The translations under genes were made by a program, and so were the position numbers. DNA of 64,000 bases from Marinosulfonomonas sp. (GTDB lineage: Bacteria; Pseudomonadota; Alphaproteobacteria; Rhodobacterales; Rhodobacteraceae). The notes beneath the pieces are model-generated. The model ran no database searches. It saw only the letters and a program-made list of their open reading frames with translations, and was not told the DNA's origin. Shown one piece after another: positions 59,222 to 64,000 of the stretch. The stretch covers positions 131 to 64,130 of the forward strand of contig JALSRG010000110.1 of assembly GCA_026984915.1 (NCBI GenBank), read 5' to 3'. The first letter of the stretch is position 1. Each line of letters opens with the position of its first letter.

Positions 59222-59620
59222 GTGAATGCTGCCTTGATTGCTGCCAGCGTTTCGTTTGGTCCGACATCTGCAAATGCCAAACCCCCAAAAGTTGTTCGGC
59301 AGGTTCCGGTTGATAAACGGTTTGTTGAAAGCGAACTGACTTGGGCCGCAGGTATCGGCGGCTACAAGTTCATGTGGGATGTGCGCGCTGTGAAAGGCAT
59401 TATCGGAATTTGTGGCGTAGGGCATTATGAGGACGCCTATTCGGTTACTCAAAACAATGATGTGATGCGTAAAACCGAACTGATGCTCAACGGAAAGACG
59501 AGCCTGAAAGACATGTGGTTTTTCTCGCGTGCGAAATCGGACAAGCTGTTGAAAACTACTCCGGCGGATTGCGCATCAACCGGCGTGAAGGTCCCTCGGA
59601 AAAAGCCGAGATCATGCTGA
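59222..59620 (+). CDS. hypothetical small protein, possibly secreted
   Basis: 132-aa ORF in a visibly AT-richer stretch. Weak signal-like N-terminus (AALIAASVSFGPTSANA). No recognisable motif. The GTG start is 18 nt from GGAGGA, so the start is uncertain. Confidence 0.4.
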   Translation: MNAALIAASVSFGPTSANAKPPKVVRQVPVDKRFVESELTWAAGIGGYKFMWDVRAVKGIIGICGVGHYEDAYSVTQNNDVMRKTELMLNGKTSLKDMWFFSRAKSDKLLKTTPADCASTGVKVPRKKPRSC

Positions 59621-59651
59621 GTTGGGGTAGCGGTCGCTACAGGTTCTGAGC

Positions 59652-60665
59652 TTAACCGCCCGTGTGGCTCATGTGGCGCGTCATCTGGCCCGCCACATCG
59701 CCGCGTGAGTAATCAAAATCATGGCCTTTGGGTTTGGTGCCGATCGCGGCATGAATTGCGGCAATCAGCGGCGCGTCATCCTGCGGGCTTTCACGTAACG
59801 GCGCACGCAGGTCGGCTTTGCCTTCCTGGCCCAGACAGGTATAGATTTCACCGGTACAGGTTATGCGTACCCGGTTGCAGCTTTCGCAGAAATTGTGGCT
59901 GAGCGGGGTGATGAAGCCGATCTTCTGCCCGGTTTCATTCAGCCGCACATAGTTGGCCGGACCGCCTGAACGTTCCGCCAGATCGACCAGGCTGAACTTT
60001 TCCGCCAGACGTGCGCGCAGGTCTTTCAGTGACCAATACTGGCCCAGTCTGTCCTCGTTGCCAATGTCGCCCATGGGCATGACTTCAATGAATGTCAGAT
60101 CCATGTTGCGGTTGGCACACCATTCCTGCAAGGCGAACAGTTCGTCTTCGTTGAATCCCTTCAGGGCAACGGTATTGATTTTCACGCGCAAACCGGCAGC
60201 AAGTGCCGCATCAATGCCACGTAAAACCTGCGCCAGCCGCCCCCAGCGGGTAATCTCGGCGAATTTTTTCTCATCCAGTGTATCAAGTGAAATGTTCACC
60301 CGTTTGACACCGCTATTTACCAGATCAGTCGCATATTTCTCCAACTGTGAACCGTTGGTTGTCAGAGTCAGCTCCTTTAGCGTGCCAGCATCCAGATGCC
60401 GCTTCATGCCCTCGAAGAAAGTCATGATGCCGCGTCGCACCAGTGGTTCCCCCCCCGTGATGCGCAGTTTCTGAACGCCCAAGTCTATGAAGGCCGAGCA
60501 AAGCCGGTCTAGTTCCTCAAGTGTCAGCAACTGTTTTTTCGGCAGGAATGTCATGTTTTCGGACATGCAATAGACGCAGCGAAAATCGCAACGGTCCGTC
60601 ACCGAAACGCGCAGATAGGTAATGGCGCGCTGAAACGGGTCGATGAGTCTGGGATTCTGTTCCAT
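59652..60665 (-). CDS. moaA: GTP 3',8-cyclase MoaA (radical SAM)
   Basis: CDFRCVYC radical-SAM motif, C-terminal [13 protein letters not shown] cluster motif and a GG tail. Confidence 0.93.
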   Translation of the reverse strand: MEQNPRLIDPFQRAITYLRVSVTDRCDFRCVYCMSENMTFLPKKQLLTLEELDRLCSAFIDLGVQKLRITGGEPLVRRGIMTFFEGMKRHLDAGTLKELTLTTNGSQLEKYATDLVNSGVKRVNISLDTLDEKKFAEITRWGRLAQVLRGIDAALAAGLRVKINTVALKGFNEDELFALQEWCANRNMDLTFIEVMPMGDIGNEDRLGQYWSLKDLRARLAEKFSLVDLAERSGGPANYVRLNETGQKIGFITPLSHNFCESCNRVRITCTGEIYTCLGQEGKADLRAPLRESPQDDAPLIAAIHAAIGTKPKGHDFDYSRGDVAGQMTRHMSHTGG

Positions 60666-60749
60666 TGCCGCAGCGTATACCTGACTCGTTTTGTCGGCAA
60701 GTTGCTTCTTGGCGTTGATACGATTGTGATTACCGCCTAAGCTTGCCCC

Positions 60750-61283
60750 ATGAAACGCACCGTTTTATCAGGTTTTATTGTGGTTCTGGGGCTGTTTATC
60801 TCTGGGTGTTCGCAGCTTTCCGTCAGGCCGCAGCAATCAGTCGCAGCCGACGTACCGGACAGGTCCGCATCCAATATGGTCGCTCGGCCCCGCGCGCGCC
60901 CTTCTGACGGGCCAGCTATACGCCCGTTACTGGGCGCTATTCCCGAAAGCGCGCATACCGCCGAGCAGTTTGATACCACAACAGCAGAAGAACGGGCTGT
61001 CGCCTTGGGCAAGGCAACGGGAGGAATCCGGGAAAGGCTGCTTGGCAAAACCATCGCTTCCTTGGGGGATCCGACAGAGGGAGGATTCTGGTTGAAAACG
61101 CCCCTCGTTGACAAACCTGTTGTCGGGCACATTAAAATTTCTGCGAACGGCAGATCTGTTCAGGTTGATCTGATTCCGATTGACGGACCAAAAACCGGCG
61201 GTAGTCGGATTTCGCTTGCAGCAATTCGCGCATTGGGGACCCCCTTGACCGGGCTGCCAGAGTTGGTCGTTTATGCCAGATAA
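60750..61283 (+). CDS. hypothetical lipoprotein
   Basis: Lipobox LFISGCS. The C-terminal region ([30 protein letters not shown]) faintly resembles RlpA-type DPBB domains; that resemblance is low confidence. Confidence 0.5.
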   Translation: MKRTVLSGFIVVLGLFISGCSQLSVRPQQSVAADVPDRSASNMVARPRARPSDGPAIRPLLGAIPESAHTAEQFDTTTAEERAVALGKATGGIRERLLGKTIASLGDPTEGGFWLKTPLVDKPVVGHIKISANGRSVQVDLIPIDGPKTGGSRISLAAIRALGTPLTGLPELVVYAR

Positions 61284-62916
61284 TAGAACCGACCGCACCT
61301 TGGTCTCGCGCTCTGGCAACTGGGCGCAAATCCGCACAGCCTTTCGATGGCATATCCCAGCGCGGCTGAATATCGCAGATTTGTGCAGTACCTACTGGGC
61401 CAGAACCGACCCACAGCGGCTGGCCCTGACGCATCTTGACGGGCAAGGGGGCGGTACGCGTTGGACCTTCGGGATGCTGGACAGACTGTCCAGCAAACTG
61501 GCGAATGCGCTTGCGGCACATGGGCTGAAACGGGGGGATCGCATAGCCGTTCTGCTGCAGCAGAGTCCCGAAGTTCTGCTCACGCATCTGGCCGCCTGGA
61601 AGCTCGGGGCAGTTTCGCTGCCTTTGTTCACTTTGTTCGGCGAAGAGGCTTTGCGCTTTCGATTGGCTGACTCGGGTGCGAAGATTGTTGCAACTGATGC
61701 GGCCAATCTCGAAAAACTGATGGCGTTGCGTCCGGAACTTCCGGATTTGCAAAAGGTCTATTGCACCGATTCTTCCTCGCCCGGTGTGCAGGGTTTTTGG
61801 GATGCTATCAAATATGCGGATGCCAATTGTGTGCCAGTTGATACCGGGCCGGATGACCCGGCGCTTCTGATTTATACTTCGGGAACCACGGGGCCGCCAA
61901 AAGGTGTTTTACACGGGCATCGTGTCTTGTTGGGCCATTTGCCTGCAATCGAGTTGCACCACGAATTTTTCCCGCAGAAACACGACTGCGGATGGACTCC
62001 TGCGGATTGGGCCTGGATCGGCGGGCTGATGGATATGGCCATCCCCTGCCTCTATTTCGGGGTGCCGCAGGTCAGCCGCAGAATGCGCAAGTTTGATCCG
62101 GAAGAAGCCTTTCACCTCATATCGAAATATGGCCTTGGAAACCTGTTTTTACCGCCAACGGCGCTGCGGATGATGCGGTCAGCAAAGGTCCCATCCGGTT
62201 TGCGTGTCCGTACGATCAGTTCCGGTGGCGAAAGCCTGGGAGGCGATCTGTTGCAATGGGCGCGCGAGCAACTGGGGGCAAGCCTGAATGAAATCTATGG
62301 CCAGACGGAATGCAATCTGGTGATTTCGTCCTGCTCGGCCCTGTTTGAGCCGCGCCCGGGCGCCATGGGCAAGGCCGTTCCGGGCCATAAGGTTGCCATC
62401 ATAGGACAAAGCGGACATCCGGTTGCACCGGGTACCATTGGGGAAATTGCAGTGAAATCGCCAGATCCCGTGATGTTTCTCGGGTATTGGAACAAACCCG
62501 ATGCAACGCGTGATAAATTCATGAAGGGCTGGTTGAAAACAGGCGACCTTGGGGTGGTGGATGAACAAGGCTACTTCCGGTTTGTCAGCCGCGACGACGA
62601 TGTGATCACTTCGGCCGGATACCGTATCGGCCCAAGTGAAATAGAAAACTGCCTGTGTGGTCATGATTCTGTAAGCATGGCCGCCGTGATCGGTGTGCCG
62701 GATCCCTTGCGCAGCGAAGCTGTGCAGGCCCATGTGGTTCTGCGTGGCGGAGTGCAGTGGACTGCTGCGCTTGAACAGGAATTGATAGATCGGGTCAGGC
62801 GTCGGGTTTCCCCCCATGTGGCGCCCCGACGTATTCTTTCGGTTACCCGCCTGCCAATGACGGCAACCGGCAAGATCCTGCGACGGAAGCTAAGGGAAAA
62901 GTATGGCAGCCAGTAG
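61273..62916 (+). CDS. AMP-dependent acyl-CoA synthetase/ligase
   Basis: AMP-binding motif IYTSGTTGPPKG, YGQTE and the C-terminal GKILRRKLR. Confidence 0.88.
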   Translation: MPDNRTDRTLVSRSGNWAQIRTAFRWHIPARLNIADLCSTYWARTDPQRLALTHLDGQGGGTRWTFGMLDRLSSKLANALAAHGLKRGDRIAVLLQQSPEVLLTHLAAWKLGAVSLPLFTLFGEEALRFRLADSGAKIVATDAANLEKLMALRPELPDLQKVYCTDSSSPGVQGFWDAIKYADANCVPVDTGPDDPALLIYTSGTTGPPKGVLHGHRVLLGHLPAIELHHEFFPQKHDCGWTPADWAWIGGLMDMAIPCLYFGVPQVSRRMRKFDPEEAFHLISKYGLGNLFLPPTALRMMRSAKVPSGLRVRTISSGGESLGGDLLQWAREQLGASLNEIYGQTECNLVISSCSALFEPRPGAMGKAVPGHKVAIIGQSGHPVAPGTIGEIAVKSPDPVMFLGYWNKPDATRDKFMKGWLKTGDLGVVDEQGYFRFVSRDDDVITSAGYRIGPSEIENCLCGHDSVSMAAVIGVPDPLRSEAVQAHVVLRGGVQWTAALEQELIDRVRRRVSPHVAPRRILSVTRLPMTATGKILRRKLREKYGSQ

Positions 62917-62984
62917 CTTACCGGAAATACCGGAATCCTGATTGCGACCCGGCCATGGCGCATCCCCGGTCACCTCGCAGATAT

Positions 62985-63662
62985 TTAAGTCAGGTACTTG
63001 GAGGCTTCACGTCGGGCAAATGGCTTCATGGACGCGCCATGTTTTTCGAGGAAAAGGCGGGCCCGGTCCGGGTCGTGTTTTGACAGATCGCGCACCCACC
63101 AGGCCACGGCCTTTTGGATGAACCAGTCCTTGTCCCCGATATACCCGGCGGCCCAGCCCAGTATCCGCTCGCGGGCATCCAGATCTGCCGGTTTCGGGTG
63201 GTTCTGGCGGCTCCAGGGCAGGGTGATCACCAAGGCGGCGCGGCGGGTCCACATGTGGGGAGATTTGGTCCAGAGTTCCACTTGGTCAAGGCGTGCGGGG
63301 GCGGCCTGAAGCCGTTTGCGCCCGGCCATGCAGGCGTGATCAGCCAGCGCCCAGCCGTCAAAATCGGGCACCCATGATTTGATCAGGCTCCAGACGGCAT
63401 CATCAGGGCGGATTCGGGCCTGGGTCAGCAGTTTGCTGGCGGCAATTCGGGCCTCAAATATGTCGCTTTGCCACAGGCCATCGGCCAGTTGCACGCGGCC
63501 TGTTATATCCAGACCGGCGCGCCATTTTCGCACCTCTTCATCAATCGCCGGGTTGGCCACACCCAGAAACGGGCGGGTTGATTTGTGATAGGCGGCCATT
63601 TGCAGCGCCTTGCCGGGCACCGCGTGGGATTTGAGCGCGGCAATGGCGGCCTCTGGCGTCAT
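62985..63662 (-). CDS. DNA alkylation repair protein (AlkD-like HEAT repeat)
   Basis: 225 aa. The pattern (WQSDIFEARIAASKLL...WVPDFDGWALADH...FIQKAVAWWVRDLSKHD) is typical of the DNA_alkylation family. Confidence 0.7.
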   Translation of the reverse strand: MTPEAAIAALKSHAVPGKALQMAAYHKSTRPFLGVANPAIDEEVRKWRAGLDITGRVQLADGLWQSDIFEARIAASKLLTQARIRPDDAVWSLIKSWVPDFDGWALADHACMAGRKRLQAAPARLDQVELWTKSPHMWTRRAALVITLPWSRQNHPKPADLDARERILGWAAGYIGDKDWFIQKAVAWWVRDLSKHDPDRARLFLEKHGASMKPFARREASKYLT

Positions 63663-64000
63663 TTCCCGTCTTCCAGAATACCCGTTGGCGCGCCGTCAAT
63701 GCTGGTCTGGTTGCGCTCGGCCCAATAGGTTTTCACCCCCTCCGGTCCGCGATCCTGCGCCCAGCGTTGCAGGGTGTCACGTTCACCGGTGAACTCAAAA
63801 AAGGGCACACCGTAACCACATGAGGTCTGCAGCATTTCCACATGCATATCAAACAGTTGCCGGGCGGCAAAATCGGCAGGGAAATGCGCGGCCAGATCGG
63901 CCCAGTCAGCATCACGTGGATGCAGGGTGCGGGCGGAGCCATAGGCGCGCATGATCATCGGGCGTTTGCCGAACGAGCACCACATCAGCGTCATGCGCCT
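63659..64000 (-). CDS. pyridoxamine 5'-phosphate oxidase-family protein (3' part; gene continues past the window end)
   Basis: The reading frame stays open to the window edge. The C-terminal segment (VEMLQTSCGYGVPFFEF) resembles PNPOx-like FMN-binding split-barrel proteins. 4-nt overlap with the AlkD-like start. Confidence 0.45.
   Translation of the reverse strand, partial: RRMTLMWCSFGKRPMIMRAYGSARTLHPRDADWADLAAHFPADFAARQLFDMHVEMLQTSCGYGVPFFEFTGERDTLQRWAQDRGPEGVKTYWAERNQTSIDGAPTGILEDGK

Noticed and set aside
60666-60749. Molybdenum-cofactor riboswitch upstream of moaA.
   Set aside because: The leader is only 84 nt, which is too short for the ~130-nt Moco motif, and it shows no matching conserved segments.

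Overview
This window looks like a chromosomal, mostly housekeeping segment of a moderately GC-rich alphaproteobacterium. Gene order and protein signatures suggest Rhodobacterales, for example a VPLPA-CTERM protein and an FtsZ with a long Pro/Ala/Glu linker; that assignment is inference, not a search result.

Gene content, in order:
- It opens with the distal end of the dcw cell-division cluster: murB-ddl-ftsQ-ftsA-ftsZ, then lpxC-bamD-recN.
- Next come a solo LuxR-type regulator fused to an alpha/beta-hydrolase-like domain, an FAD-linked D-lactate-dehydrogenase-like oxidase and a ClC channel.
- A cytochrome b / dihaem cytochrome c / SHP-type (DUF1924) module follows.
- Then DUF427, aminopeptidase P, cobT-cobS, msrB, a J-domain protein next to bolA, DUF4177, a VPLPA-CTERM protein, gatB and an SLT lipoprotein.
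- Two tandem paralogous 7-TM proteins sit divergent from an HxlR regulator, followed by an orphan ArsR regulator.
- Then pepN, malate synthase G, a PuuD-like amidotransferase, a cytochrome c and a D-lyxose-isomerase-like cupin.
- A minus-strand operon runs DUF523-SDR-GNAT-iorA-iorB, with two periplasmic rhodaneses and a small membrane methyltransferase on the divergent side.
- The remainder holds pntAB plus DUF3422, a peptide ABC transporter operon divergent from ArgE-like, M20 and GATase genes, then moaA, a lipoprotein, an acyl-CoA synthetase, an AlkD-like protein and a truncated PNPOx-like gene.

I found no rRNA, tRNA, CRISPR array, transposase, integrase, phage gene or recognisable defence system. 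No single obviously novel system stands out.

The best candidates for follow-up are:
- the LuxR/alpha-beta-hydrolase fusion and the structured, terminator-capped region 3' of it;
- the cyt b-DHC fusion / SHP / DHC haem module;
- the HxlR-linked tandem 7-TM paralogs, which carry a perfect 21-nt palindrome;
- a 229-bp element bounded by 22-bp inverted repeats;
- the sulfur-themed DUF523/rhodanese/methyltransferase neighbourhood.

All functional calls come from motif recognition by eye in the supplied translations. No database search was run.
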